Made by a program: the position numbers and the translations under genes. The notes beneath the pieces are model-generated. The model did not search any database. It was given only the letters and a program-made list of their open reading frames with translations, and was not told the DNA's origin. A stretch of 64,000 nt of DNA, taken from assembly GCA_951406725.2 (NCBI GenBank), contig OX597814.1:37262001-37326000 (forward strand), given 5' to 3'. This stretch comes from Octopus vulgaris. Taxonomy: Eukaryota. Of this stretch, positions 1 through 14,879 are shown piece by piece; the stretch's first letter is position 1, and every line of letters starts with the position of its first letter.

Positions 1-1884
1 TTGTCTGGATTTTCTATATAACTCAGAACCTATAATTTACGTTTCATAAACGAATACATGTACAATATGAACTAAGATATGAAACAAAATGTTGATTAAT
101 GTATATGCATACTTCAAAAGTTATTGTTCATTCACAATAACGCCAAGACAATCGGTGCACTTCATAAAGCACGGCTTAGTATTAACCTGTTTTTATGTTC
201 TTCTTCCGTTTAAAACTCAAGTCATTTATGGCCGCTTGTGGGAAGTTATACAGCCTCGTTGCTCTAACTTTTCCCCTGAGTATTCACTGACAGACCTTAA
301 AATAGCAGTACAGGATGTTCTCAGGTAGGTCATTTTCCCCTACTTTTTAGAACTTATATACATATACTTCTGAAATTCACACTTATACTTCAACACTTAC
401 TCGTATAATAATAATTCAAATGTCAGCACATTGGATCAGCAAACCTATCACTAGGTTTATTACACTTCTGTAATGTATACTTTTTTAGCCATTCAGATAG
501 AAGTATGCATAGTAAATAATTAATCAGTCTGTTCTTTTAACTGTGATTATTAACCAACATTTGAACTTCTGATATGTACAGGCACACATGTACTGAGCCA
601 AGTTTCTGGGTTCTTACAGCTGAGTTTCTATATAGCTATATTTTTTCATCCTTTTCTTTTATTCACATGCGACGTTGTGTTGCAAAGCTGGAACAACACC
701 TTTGCAATTGGTAATGTTACTATAGGAGTTGGAATACTTACGGGACATTGATATGTTTGGAATCTCTCAAAGAGCTTCCAGGCTCTTCTTGAATGTATAC
801 ACATCCGAATCAGATAAAAAATAATTTCAATGCTGTGAACATTGAAACCTAAGCTATTGTTTTTTGTGAGATTTGACGGAAGAATGAAAACCTTAAGATT
901 ATACAGTAAAAACGCTTCAGGATTGGTATAGTTCTAATTACATAACTTGGGGTTTAACCCTTAAAGTATATTCTATATATTAATCGATTCATATTTTCTA
1001 TCGTACACTCCGCGAGCAGCAGATTTTATCACGTGCGGTAAGTCTCAGGTTCTTAGCTCTTACATAAAGAGGCGTCCTTAGTCACGAAATAGAATCTACC
1101 TGTGCTGCTTAATACTATTTTCGACCACATGAGTCGGTATTCTGGCAGCTAGCTGGGGATGGGTGTTCTCCAACTTAGCAGTACGATTTTCTGCTCTATC
1201 TTAAAGCATATTCTGAATGACCATCTCGCTCCTCTTTATCACGTTACGAAAACCAGTTACAATGTGTTCCGGTTCTTTGCTTTCTTAGTGGAGTTTACGA
1301 TATCTGGAACTGTACGCTATTTCTTTTCGTACGAGGCAATATAATTTGCATCTCGTTCATTTCATGAGATATTTGCTCTTTTCAATCAGACTATTTCTTA
1401 ATCGTGTCTACGTTGGTTGATAGCATTGTACTGTTTAGAATAACTTGTAAAGATATTACACTACGCACCTTGAAATATTCTATGCCTGACAATTTGCAAT
1501 TCATATTTTAGTTATGAATAGTTATACAGCTAAATTGACATTATAATGCAGAAAGATAGTTTTTGCAGTCGTAAATCGGACGCGTTCTCGCATTTGTATT
1601 GAAATGATACCTCATCTAAATACAGACTATGGGTACTATGGAATTATATTGCAAATGAAATCCTCTTAACGCCATTTGTATAATAATGTTCTCCTGATAG
1701 TTTGTATTGCATATTGTAATACTTCTTTAAACAGTTTAAGACAATTCTGGTGACGGGATAATAATTATCCCTATATATGATGTTTCGCAGATTTTGTTTG
1801 TTCTTTATTGTGGTATATGTCAAGTTCTGATTGCAGAGGATTTTTATTCTGCACACTGACGTTATGTTAATGTGTCATGGTCAA

Positions 1885-2012
1885 ATGTTTTAGGGAAGGG
1901 GAAAACAATCATATCGACCCAGTACTTGACTGGTACTTAAGTTATCGACCCCGAAAGTATGAAAGGCAATGTCGAGCTCGGTGGAATTCGAACTCAGAAT
2001 GAAAAGACGGAC
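1885..2012 (-). mobile_element. SINE fragment (family D, multi-copy in window)
   Basis: Shares TATCGACCCCGAAAG.ATGAAAGGCAA.GTCGA.CTCGG.GGAATT.GAACTCAG with the best copy at 62433-62646. Confidence 0.8.
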
Positions 2013-2460
2013 GTATAGGTGTTTAGAAAATATAACGTGGCTCCATGTATATGTTCAAAACTTATATTTATCTGTTTTAGAAATGATAACGTTGTAATCG
2101 CCATATTTTCATCATATAATATTTCCCTACAAATGTTATGTAGTACAAATCTGGATGGCTAGTTCGATGTGTAATTCAAAAGTTGTGTACATACAGAGTA
2201 CAATGCGTTCCGTCTTTCATACCTTGATTATTCAGCAACGGAGACAGTGTAATTAATGATACATACATGCGTACATGCATATCTACATACATCCATATTG
2301 TATAGACACATGCGTATACATACATATATATGTACATACATATATGCATATACATAAACCACACACATACACACGCATATACAATTTTTCAAGCTGTTAT
2401 TCAGTTTTACGTAACCGTTCATCATATATGTGTATCAATAAAGTTATATATTATGTATCA

Positions 2461-2930
2461 CGAAGCATTGGTGCAAAGCAGTGTTTCGGTATGAGCATAA
2501 TTTAGGTTAGCTGAAATATGTTTGTCCCATACTTCGCCTACTAAAGGCAAACACACAGCAATTACCGTGGAGAAAAGAATCTCTCTTATGGTAAGAAGGT
2601 TTAAAAAGCACCTAGTTCGTTCGGTATCGCTATCTGTCCGGAATCTCAGACATTGATGTTTCGAGTTTTCTTACTCTTGTCAAAGAGATCTGCCTCAGAG
2701 AAGCAACTCTGAACGAACTAAATAAAGCTTGTAGCTTTATATATAATTCAGTGAACACATTGACTGATTTGCGCTAGCAGATCGCCCGATCAAGATACAA
2801 AACGAAGCATTGGCGAAAAGAAGTATTTAGGTATGAGCATCTTTTTACCATAAGAGAGGTTTTTTTTCTCCATGGTAACTGCCTTTAGTAGTTGAAATAT
2901 ATGACAAATATATTTCAAGTAACCTAAATT
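2461..2930. repeat. Inverted-repeat element (arms ~2499-2598 / 2841-2930) with a 38-bp direct repeat (2461-2498 / 2803-2840); probable Penelope-like pLTR relic
   Basis: Reverse complement of 2841-2930 aligns to 2499-2598; a decayed HHR lies between the arms. Confidence 0.65.
2643..2689 (-). ncRNA. Decayed type I hammerhead ribozyme
   Basis: Minus strand: ATCTCT TTGACAA GAGT-AAGAAA-ACTC GAAA CATCAATG TC TGAGAT. Stems I, II and III pair; two core substitutions versus CUGANGA. Confidence 0.6.
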
Positions 2931-4684
2931 GTGATCATATATTGTGTGTCTATGTGTGTATACATGAATACAATCACATATTTATGTGTATGTGTGCGTG
3001 TTTCTGTCTGTGTCTGGGTGTGTTTATGTATCATGTTTGTTATTTGTGGAACAATATTTTGTAATAAATGTAAACGACTTCTGAGTATAACATAAGCATT
3101 GATTGAATTCCTTTGAGCCGAATTTAAAACCAGATGCAAAGTTTAACAATACACTTTCGCGGATACCCTATATAAAGTGACAGTATTTTTACCACTTACA
3201 TATAAGTTTATATGCGCAGTAGTTAAGACCTACTTAACCACACGTATAAAGACGAAAAAGACAAGCAAATGAGACTGAGCCAAATTCATCCCTGTTTGAA
3301 ACACAAAAGCGTTCGAAATATTAGAAATATAGTTACTTGTTTCCAATAGAAGAATATTCTCCAAAGTGCTTGCTGCTGTGAATATATCGTAATAGCATGT
3401 TTCTATACAATGGTGTGGATTAGTACAAGCATTTGTTTGATGCATAGGTTTCATGTATGTACTTTGATGCGCGTGTGTATTGTATTCCGTTGCAAATAAA
3501 ATACCTGATCTGCTGCAAATGCGCAGGGCCTTTAAGGCTCATAAATATTTTGTTGACATTTATCACTTTTGTTATGCAATCCATTTGGGGATTATGCCTT
3601 ATGATAGTGCTTTCCTTTTTCCTAAGAATCTATATCCAGTTATGTTTTATTTCCACGTGTTTCAAAGATTATAATTCCGATGAAGCTGAATATATATTTG
3701 AAATAGCTGGATAATAAACTCTAACGTATAGCGCCATATAACTGCCAGCTTTTTATTGTAATTCTTTTCACTACATTAGCATTCAATAATATCAAAGAAA
3801 CAGGTTATACTACGCTATTCTTTTATTTCATGATTTTTTAGAAGTAACAGAATCCATTTGAATAAATGTGTGTGTTTGTATATATGCATTAACTATATTT
3901 TTAATATAGTTTGTTTATTAGGATCAATGGATTGAAGAATCGATAAGACTATATACAATGCGTTTCATATTTTGCGGTTCAAATCTCTTCATAGACGACG
4001 TACCTTGTCGATAAAACAAGATCCAGAGTAATTCAGGGATTAATCGACACTGAAGAATCTAATGTCTCTTTTGATACTAAGCCTTTGATGTTTCTGTAAT
4101 TTTGTGTAACATAACAATTAGGTGATGCAGTTCACATACCCGTGTGGCATACAGTACCAAATGCTATACCTTCACATTTTCAATTCGATTCACAGTAGAT
4201 CACTCAAATATATTCTAAAATTCTCTAGCTTGGTGAATTGTACGAAGAGGTACAGTAGAAATGCATTTCGCATCCACCTGGTCACACACCACTGGATTTT
4301 GTATGATGAGAATATTTGAGAGATAAACGTTACTGTACAATACTGGGCTCAGCCAACATAAGGGCAGTCGTAGAGGAAGAATGTGCATAAATGCCGAATT
4401 AATTGTTTGTTATTGTAGCCTTTCCATTACTTCGTGTTAATGGTTCTGCCTGAAAGAAACGAGTTCATAAAAAAGTAAATTCTTCCTGTAGATTTTATTA
4501 GATATTTTTAATTAAATATATATTGATAAACACTGATTTATAAATCTTTCAATATGTATACAGTTGGAAAAATTACGTATAAATAATTGTGCATATATTT
4601 TATTGATATTTTGTAGGAGAATGATTCAAGCGTGGAGAGCTTCGTTCGTTAGCACTTATCACTTAGGTACAGATCCAGGACTTG

Positions 4685-4687
<3 letters not shown>

Positions 4688-4740
<53 letters not shown>

Positions 4741-4770
4741 GTGTGTGTGTGTGTATATATATATATATAC
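4688..4770. repeat. (TA)n/(TG)n microsatellite
   Basis: Seen directly. Confidence 0.95.
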
Positions 4771-4989
4771 AGAAAGAGAGATAGATAATATACATATACT
4801 TGAATATATACATATGTATATACATTTATAAATTCAACTATATATATATACACACACATTAATCCGGGCTCTATAACAACTCCATTAAAAAAAAAAACAT
4901 TTAAATCGTCCTCGCCTATACCAGGGGCCACGCAAAACTTATAGTAATTATAAATTTCCTACCCCTGACCAGTCCAATGTAGCCAAATA

Positions 4990-5925
4990 TTCTAAGACTA
5001 GCAAACAAAATCTTATGGTTTGCACTTCTCTCTTCAGGTTAAAACTTCACCTAAATTATTTTCTTAAATTCTGAAAACAAATTATCCGCAACATAAATAG
5101 TATTTTATTTTTTATAAATCATCATTAAAAATCTCTTACTTCAACACTTCAAAACTTAGGATCCAGAATAGCCTCTCTAAATAAACGTAAACTCCAACTT
5201 CAGACTGCTACACACCTAAATTGTGATACTGCACCCCATATTAATCCAGACACCATAATCAGTAATAACCTTCCTCCGTTTACTACATTCAAATTAGTAT
5301 TCCACAACCCTTTATACGAGACAGTACATTTTAATTCCAACACAACAACCCTATCTAATACTAACATAGATGCCATTACTATTCCACACCTACTACCGGC
5401 AGGCCGATCGGGTCTAACCTCAGGAAACCAGAAAAACCAACAGTGGAACAAAAATAACTAAACTATAATTGTCTCATTCCTAATTCATAACTGCTTGCGG
5501 CTTTTGTCTGCGCAAAAACGTAATTTACAAAAGACGTGTAATGACACCAGGCAAATATCAAGCAAAGGTCAACATTGGCAGAACTATAGATTTGAATCGT
5601 CGTTATGGAACCCATTTACGTTCCTTGAATAAGTGAAAATCTAAATTTTTGACCTCATACATAGCCTCAAGTTACAAAAGATACTATACACACTATCCTG
5701 GCCCATATTAGGAAAAATTACCCCTCATGATACAAATATAGGTAAATGCAAACTATATATAAAAAATCACTAAATATCCTGCGCCTCGATAATTCCTCAC
5801 AATTGAATAAATTTTCGGGTGCCACCAACTCTTGTAAAGATAGATTCCATTCAACTTTTATGCACTTTGATGATTATGGATAGATTTGATGACAAACTTC
5901 CACACGCAATGAAACGTATTCTAAA
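4990..5925 (+). mobile_element. Penelope-like retroelement 3' remnant (RT thumb, linker, GIY-YIG endonuclease), with stops and frameshifts
   Basis: Hand translation: ANKILWF (5001), LKTNYPQHK*YFIFYKSSLKISY, CGFCLRKNVIYKRRV...KVNIGRTIDLNRRYGTHLRSLN (VIY...IG = GIY-YIG), YTLSWPILGK...GKCKL...LNKFS. These follow the Penelope C-terminal motif order. Confidence 0.75.
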
Positions 5926-6683
5926 TATTTAAACTATATTCCCCTCTTGTTACCTTCTACCTATTGAAGCATAAGTAGCTTTATTTTACCACGTATTTAA
6001 ACTTAAAGAGGGTAAGGGTTCTAGAAAAGCAAAAGAGAGAATAAATACAGGTGAAATTGCCTGGGAGGGTGATATAGATGAGACCTGTTGAGTAATGATA
6101 TTAAACGTCTCTCATCACAGTTACTTTAAGGTTATAGTTATGTTTAAGCAGGATTTAAATTAAGTTTGGCACCAACTATATTAATAGTTGTCAGTTATCA
6201 CCCATGATAGACACATTCACACTTATATATGATATATATGCACACACACATGCGCGCTCTTGCACACAACACACATGCGTTCACTCATACATTACATACA
6301 TACCCACATATTTATACAGTACCGAGTTTATGTTCATACATACGTATCTGATACCTATATATCTCATACATACGCAAAAAATTCAAATATGAACGTGGAA
6401 AGCATACATTCTACTTTAGGAAAAATGACGTAATGAGCTTTCGCTCTTGTAACTGTTAATAGAAAGAAAAGGAAGTAGAAGTTGACCGGAAGATAATACC
6501 TAGACGAAAAATTTTGTGTTAGTGCTTAGACACACATATGCATACACAGATACACGTATACACACGCACATATATACATATATATATACACGCCCATATA
6601 CATACGCACTCACACACGCACATTCAAATATATGGGCATATACATACAACTAGATACGCGCGCATAGGCTCACGTATGGACGA

Positions 6684-6714
<31 letters not shown>

Positions 6715-7794
6715 AGCTATATATATATATGCAGGTACACACGTGTATAGATACATAAATATACTTACATAGCAGAGATAAATATGTGTACATATACGTA
6801 CTTGGAGCAAGGTTCAAGCGTCTGTGCAAAGTTTGACACACACATACACACGTGTATAAGACGGTAGTTGATTTTATAAGTTCAGGATTGACAGTTATTA
6901 GGGTAACTAAAATATAAGTACTTCGAAGGAAGAAAACATGTAATCGAAGCTCTGTTATTTCAACTGTTTTTGTTTTCTCCCATCGTCGCAGAATCACGGC
7001 TATAAGAGAAACTTCAGTTAGGATAAATGAAGGCGAGTTTACTTCGGTATCTCGGGATGTTATAGAAATTGAGAAATATTGTTTCCACGGAAAGTTTCTT
7101 AAATATGCTTTTTATTTCTTTTCCGTATTATGTTTCCTATATTCCTATAGAAGTGACTTTCAAAGTACAAACATATAACAAATAGTTTGTTGTAGTTTAG
7201 TTAATGTAACATAAGTTAATCAAGAGGAATTATTAGTTTCCCTTCTTTTGCCATTGTACTTTAAAAAATAGATCTTATATGCATATTTACAAGTCATTGG
7301 ATTGAGAACTTATTATGAGATATTCATTAAACACAATATTTAATTTACTGAGGATGATATAAACTGACTAAATTTATACGACTGGAATAACTGAATAATG
7401 GAACTGTTTGCTGAGAGTGATTAATATATAAAACTACCTCTTTCAATATTGTAATTATCAAGGTGTACATTTGGTAACTGGGCATTTCAAAAATTATTAT
7501 CTTTGATAATAACATACACTACAAACTGAAATTTTTCCATGTTTAAAACGTAATCGTATGATGCTAAAATAGTTCACTATTGGGAATAAGACTTATTCAG
7601 TTTCCTTCGTTACTGAATGTTGTATATGTTGCATGAAATTAATAGGGTTCTTTATGATTACTATGAATCAAAACTGCTAAAGTCTCTCTTCATTAATCAT
7701 AATGAAATTTTAGCAGTATATACAATCATAAATCGAATATCAGTTAGCATTTCTACATGTATGCTTTTTTTTTCTAAATTTACATTTCGACATG

Positions 7795-7960
7795 GATTCA
7801 AATTTTGGCACAAGGGCAACAATTCAGTGGGATGGGATGAGTCGATTATTTTGACCTCAGCTGATGTTTTCGATCTCGAAGTGATAAATGACAGTCCGAA
7901 TCGATGGCATTTGAACTCAGAACGTAATGTCACCAGAAATACCGCTAAACGCTTTTCCGC
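7795..7960 (-). mobile_element. Decayed SINE (family D)
   Basis: ATTTGAACTCAGAACGTAA...GAAATACCGCTAA matches 62433-62646; explains the spurious ORFs at 7617-8009. Confidence 0.65.
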
Positions 7961-9935
7961 GGAAAGCATTAAAGCGTATAATACAACAAGCAAAGCTGGT
8001 AAAATCTAAATGGAAATTACCTGGAAGTTATAGAAGTAAACATCAACCGTAAACGTAATCTACTCTTTAAATATATATTCAAGCAAAGGCGTACTGGACT
8101 ATGCACTTGAACACATCGTTGCTACTATATTAAACTGCCGTATATCCAAACTTTGGCCAAATGCGATTCTTTGAATATTTATTTTTACTAGCAATTGCCG
8201 GTTCTTTTTGTCAAACTATCGTATCTCGAGCTGCTTCAAATGCCAAGATATCAAAAAATGTAGTAGAACAGTTTTGCTATGGAATGGTGAAACTATTTTT
8301 GCGTTTTCTGAGAAAGCAGTTTTGAACTTACGACACTTTTCAATAATAGCAACAAAATGATTCTTAGGCGACGGTGAGAATGTTTTCTATTGCGTTTATG
8401 CTTGATCATATGGTTTCCGGATTAAACAATAAAACATATTTAAGTCATACTATCAAATATATCTTGAAAGCAATGTTTTTCCAAATATTTATTATCCGTT
8501 ATATGCTATCTTTATCCAAGCCCATTATACTTCTCCCGACTTTTTCTTATTTTCAATTTTCCTGAAAGTAACTTATTTTTGTTACAAATATATACCTGAA
8601 AAGAATTCAGTAGAGAAACCTATTAGGAAAATCACATTACTGCTAATGGTGATTCAGATTTACATTATATTTCAGAGTACACAATCTAACGAGTCCTACC
8701 ATATCTAAAAGGTGCGTTTGAATTTTAGAATTTGTGCTGTAATTTCCAGAAGATTCGTTAACCACGTTGTAGGTCCAGACTGGGCGGGTGTTTTCGGTAT
8801 TGATCCTGCACAGATTTTTATTCTGTCCGTTTTCATCTCCTATGTATCAGCGTGCACCACATAATCTTTATTTTTCGCCTTCTTCAGCTAGCAACAACAA
8901 CAGCAAGAGCATTACCACCACAACCAACACCAGCACAACAACGATAGTAATAATAATGCTCTTCACTAACGAATTTCGCCCTGCACATCTTCACAGATCT
9001 TAATTTCGTTTTCTTTTCTTTCTCTACTTCTCATTCCTCAGTATCTCTAAAATCATTAAATGCAATAAAGTCAAAGCATTAAAAATAGCAATAAATTTTA
9101 GTGCCTCACCTTTAATTAGTCTCCTAAAAGAATCAGCAGATTTTGAAGACAAATGTTATTTAATACGTGCATTTTACTATGTATTTTTCCTTTTCTATAG
9201 TATTTTAATTACTTTTGGCTAAAGAACGGACAACACTCATCAACAATTTCACTGAGTAATGGAATTAGTGGGTTGTATGATCGACTGCAGTGTTGGAAGA
9301 AGTGCGAAATCAATTAAGGCTCTGTTATTGTTCTTTTACAACTTGGTGCTGAATTTTCCTAAAATAATTTGTTACAACTTTGGAGAAATATCACTATAAT
9401 GTGTAGCTTTGACGCAGTCGTACTAGTAATAATTTGTGCGCCGATATTTCATTCCTTCACTTTTTTGCGTCAAACTACAATTAATAGGCATTGGTTATAC
9501 AAAAACAAATAAAACATATGAAACCGACACTTCTATATTTTCCTCCAACCGTTATTTTCCTTAACAATTAGCAGAAAGGTCATTGCAGTGTACTGGACCG
9601 TATATGAGCTTTCATGATCTAAAGTTGCTAATATTAATCCTAGCTACAGAAAACAATAAACAATTCGTGGACCAGATCATTATTTCACAGCTAACACACA
9701 TACATACATGCACACGGACATGCATATATGGATGCATGCAAACAAGTATAATTGCACACATACATTCACTTATATGCTATATACTAGAGATATATCAGCA
9801 AATAATTATCTTGGGACGAAGGTGTGTATAAATTTTATAATTATTAACATTTTATCTGTCGTACCATTTACAACCATATATTTTTGACTTGGAATCATAA
9901 TGACGTTAACAAATTATTCTCGTATTTCATATATA

Positions 9936-10096
9936 GGGGCAGTAGCGGCTGTATGGTAAGTAACTTGCTTACCAACCACATGATTACAGGTTCAGTCCCA
10001 CTGCACGGCACCTTGGGCAATTGTCTTCTACTATAGCTGCGGCTGACCAAAACCTTGTGAGTTTATTTGTTAGCCAGAAACTGAAAAATGCTTGTC

Positions 10097-10135
<39 letters not shown>

Positions 10136-10154
10136 GTGTGTGTGTGTATATGTA

Positions 10155-10187
<33 letters not shown>

Positions 10188-10385
10188 ATCTTTGTTTGTC
10201 CCCCATCATCATCGTTTGACAACAGGTGTTGGTGTGTTTAGTCCCCGTAACGTAGCGGTTCGGCAAAAGAGAACGATAGAATAAGTACTGGGCTTGCAAA
10301 GAATAGGGTCTAAGGTAGATTTGTTCGACTAAAGACGGGGCTCCAGCATGGCCGCAGTCAAATGACTGAGACGATTAAAAGAATA
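9936..10385 (+). mobile_element. Full-length tRNA-derived SINE (family A) with internal (TA)/(TG) tract
   Basis: A-box-like GGCTGTATGGT, B-box-like GGTTCAGTCCC, tail GCTCCAGCATGGCCGCAGTCAAATGACTGA; copies at 39210, 54575, 57927. Confidence 0.85.
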
Positions 10386-10859
10386 TTTGGTACAATACTT
10401 TTTTGAAATACGTTAATATATAAAAAAAAAAAGTTAATAGCTTTAAAATATACAATGTAAAAATTTTTTTAGCCAAACGACACCCACATACATATTGGTA
10501 CCTGTTTCCATTATAACAGGCCATTGTATCGTCTGCTTAAAATGTATATTTTTCTTCCCTTTACTATTTTATGTGACAAGTGCTTATTTTCTGATCGTTT
10601 GTACAACCTCATTTTTATTACTTACAGCCATGTTGTTCTTTGTTCCTTTTTTTCTTTTTGAGAAACGAACGGATATTTCCGGTTGCTCTCCTTTCAATAC
10701 CACATTTTTTTAGTGTTTTCCTGGGCCCTTTCACTCTAAATAGATGTATAACCGACGACAACTAGTTTAACTTTTCGAATATGATGGAAAAATTGTAAAA
10801 AGAGAGGATATAGTTTTTCACTTTAAAGAAAATGATGTATCCCTAAAACAAAATTATGT

Positions 10860-11350
10860 ACAAAAAAGCCAATATACAAACAAAAAGGTGCTTTGCATGA
10901 AAATATACTGGCAGTGATCCCGAGGAGGATGCAACGAGTCTGTGTCAGAAAAGGTACACGGTTAGAAGGTGGTGCTTCTTTTCTTTAACCACGATTCGAG
11001 GAATTGACTTCATCCCCGTTATGTGTTGAAAAACTGAGGGATCACCCAATGCACAACTGTTGATTACAAGAGCTATGTGCGTGTAATATGTGCAGAGGAC
11101 GTGCCCTGCAATCTAGTTCAGGTAGGCGGTCCTGGGATGATTGTTGAGATAGACAGAAGTCTTCTCAAACGGAAAAGGAAACCGAGGAACGGTGCTTGCT
11201 ACTTGAGCACTGGAAGTTTGGAGGACAGTGTCGCAGGACCAGATATGTTTTTCTTTATGCAGAACCATAGCGGAGTCGCGAAATATTGGATGAATGCATA
11301 CGTCAGTTGAGTCTTCCACGAACCATAATTTTCAGTAACTTGTGGAGGAC
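10860..11350 (+). mobile_element. Merlin (IS1016/IS1595-like) DDE transposase remnant
   Basis: VGGPGMIVEIDRSLLKRK, then in a shifted frame HWKFGGQCRRTRYVF...RSREILDECIRQLSLPRTIIFSNLWR; matches Merlin GG.G..VEIDES...WVFGG...PGT.I.SD.W motifs. Confidence 0.8.
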
Positions 11351-13239
11351 AACTCTCACTTTTCCGAAATAGATTCATATCATTTTCGACTTTTGACATT
11401 GAACAACTGCGTTGCATCTATTAGATCAAAAGTGTAACAGTTTGTTTTTTTTTTTTGGAATTTTTCGCAAAAACTTAGGATTTTCATTTTTTATTATTGA
11501 CATGCCTATTCCAAAATTTCATTGAAATTCCTTAAAATTTCAAACGTCATTCTAATGTTATCATCGATAGCTATCACACACAAAATAGCAGTTTGCAAAT
11601 CCTGTTTCCTTATTGGGTAAAAACTATCGAGATTTAAACGTCTGTAACATACTTTTAATCTTTTCTGGAACAGGTAAATAACAAAATCTGATCCAGTGCC
11701 AAAAATTACAACTATACATGAAATTTGAAAATGTTCACTTAATTTTAACGTTTCAAAAACTGTAACAGCAACAGAAAAGATTCCACGTGTCAGTAAAAAT
11801 GCCATTCATTTAATCTGGGAAATCTAATATTATTTCAAACACAGTTACACCGTCCTTCAGGCTAAATCATACTTAGAAATATATAGAAAAATCGCAAATA
11901 TATATAGTACAATACTGAAAGATTCTCCCTAAACTCCTGATATTAACATATTCGTAAGCTATAATGAACAGAAGGAAACGTATGGAATCATCTAACTGGA
12001 ATGCAACGAAATTTGATTACGATATAAATCGATTCAATATTATGAAATAAAATACTGGTAGAATAGTTGTTCATATTTTATTTTATGACGTGTTTGATAT
12101 CCGAGGCTGTAGGGAGTGACATCTGTTAACAACATGCATTCCTAAATATCTGCAATCGCATACATCTCAGTGGTTCGGTATCCATTAGTAACCTATCCTA
12201 ACAATATCTTCTTGAGCAGTTGAAGTGATATGCAATTAATAAAAAACATGATATATTAATAATAATGAGAAAAGATTTCATTTGCAATCATAATGGCATA
12301 AATATTGTCTCAACATAAACAGTGTGCAATGAGACCAAGTGGAAGACAAAATTATTAGAATTAAGGAAATTTATTGCCATAAGAATTCAGGTAGACAGAA
12401 AAATAATTATTCAACATGCAATTTAACGACAGACAATCAGTGTTTCATTCTGGACTACACACAAGGAATATAAGAATAACAGAAGTGTAAAAATGTTATC
12501 ATCACTATTATTGTTTATTATTCTGATTTTTATTGTTTGTAGTAGTGGTGGTAATATTGGTCATAGAAGTAGTAATAGCAGTAGCTGAAATATTATTATT
12601 ATTAGTGGAAAAAAGTTGAAGACATAGTTGTAGCAGTGTGGTAGCAGCAGCAGCAGCAGCAGCAGTTTTAATATTGTCGTAACGACAAAAAAAAGAAAGA
12701 AAAAAAGGATACGATATACGATATAAATTATCTCAATAGAAAAAGAAATCAAAAATTCCCAAGATGTACATAAAAGCAGAAAGAACAACAATGATATGAC
12801 AACTTTCTTAGGTAAACTTGTCGAACTTAACATAGACACAAAGGTCAGGTAGACAAGAGAAAATTGAAGAATGCCTGAAAAAGAAATAAGATTTTGAGAA
12901 ATCAATTGCTGTATAGAATGCATCCATATTAGCTAGCAATATCCATAGCCAAGAGGCCCATTGTTATTTCACCCTTGAAAAAGAGGTATGAAATTTGAAT
13001 AACTTGTTTCAGACGTGTCCTAAGGTGAGGTAATAGAAGAGAGCAAAAGTATTATTATGGATTTTTATTCGCACACATCTATGCACGTATGTGTATATAT
13101 AATAATACAGATATACAGATACACACACTAATATACAGCCATGCATATATGCGTGTGTGTTTTTGTACTAACTGCTTGTATATATGTATGTATACGCAGG
13201 TATGTAATTACATATTAATATATACGTGTACATGTATGT

Positions 13240-13291
13240 GTATATATACATATATGTGTATGTATATATATCTATCAATTTGTCTATGTAT

Positions 13292-13365
<74 letters not shown>
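13240..13365. repeat. (TA)n microsatellite
   Basis: Seen directly; further TA/TG tracts at 13679-13850. Confidence 0.95.
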
Positions 13366-13366
<1 letters not shown>

Positions 13367-13676
13367 AGCGTGTGTATGTGTGGTCATGTAGGGGTGTATG
13401 TGCGCGCTTATATGTTTCCATATGTATATAGGTGGAAATAGTTGCTATGTGAAAAAGCTCGGAAATCTAGTTTGGACCCAAAATCCACTATGATATTTAG
13501 ATACATGCGAGCAGATTTTAGCATCATTGTCCAATGAAATTATTCAAATAGCTGTTCTTGGAAGAATAGCCTGCAGCCCTATGCAAGATGATTGATATAA
13601 AATATGATATTGCAATCTGTACCGATTCAGCAGCAGGAAGGTTATACATACGTACAGACAAGTATATGCATAAGTA

Positions 13677-13737
<61 letters not shown>

Positions 13738-13773
13738 TGTGTGTGTGTGTGTCTGTGTGTTTGTGTGTGAATG

Positions 13774-13817
<44 letters not shown>

Positions 13818-14879
13818 TATAAACATGAATATATATGAATATATATATAGGCATATATAAGAAAATATATATATATGTGCGTGTGCTCTGCGTTCACGTG
13901 TGTGGACATCTACACATACAGATATAGCTACACAAACACACTCAGATGTATATGAGTACGTATATGCCTGACTGAGAGGGAGCGAGAGAGAGAGAGAAAG
14001 TGTGTGTGTGTGTACGTGTGTGTGCTTCTGTGTACGTGTGAGTGCGTGCATGATAGCAAGCAAACCTAGAACTTTTATACTAAAACGAAGATAAAATAAT
14101 AACATATACTGAACTACTTTTAAAATAAAGGCAATAGAAGTGCAGGCATACATTTAGCTGACACATCAGCATATTACATCTCATTAGTAGTACATGATTA
14201 TGCTAGTGCGTGGGCCTATGTATAGAAAACCTTTTTGAAGTATTAATTTCCAATACTGTGCACTTTGCAATATCTTGTATGTTAGTAATACTAAAATTAA
14301 ACGTAGATTTCAGCGAATCGATTGTGGTGGGATATATACCGATAATTTGCCGTAAAACATATTTAACTCTGATATAATCACACCAAGTTATTCGCAAATG
14401 GTTTAGGTTTTAGAAACCATCACTGATTCACTAATATAAATACAATTAGTAACAAACCACAAGGTAGCAGAATGTTTAATGACCTATGTGTCATCATGTA
14501 CTAACCCATTCCAGTCTGTATATTATATGATATATGGTGGATGTGAGATTGAATGCGACAGGTTGCTTTGTTGTGATTAAGAACTAGCATGTCTCTCGTT
14601 CTTTGTCTCTTTCCCACCCTAACTGTGTGTATGTATACATACATACACACACACATACAGAGAGAGAGAAAGAGAAAGAGAGAGAGTGAGAGAGAGAGAG
14701 AAACATGCACACAAACACACTTCATCAAGAAACCCTCTCTAAAATTGAATGTTTGAATGTGAAGTGGAGAATTTCAGTTCTTTATTCCAAACGTGGCTCA
14801 CCTCTACAAATGTTCAGACATATCTATGTGAACATTGGGATGTTCTAGCTTTACGTATAGATATATGTATATATGCATA

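Noticed and set aside
1-1880. Complex unique sequence with a possible minus-strand donor (GTAAGT near 736-741)
   Set aside because: No sustained reading frame or recognisable motif; cannot call an exon or TE.
13089-14153. Long ORFs rich in YI/CV/HT repeats (also 15672-16091, 27221-27899, 34584-34960, 38603-39258, 61909-62332)
   Set aside because: They are translations of microsatellites, not genes.
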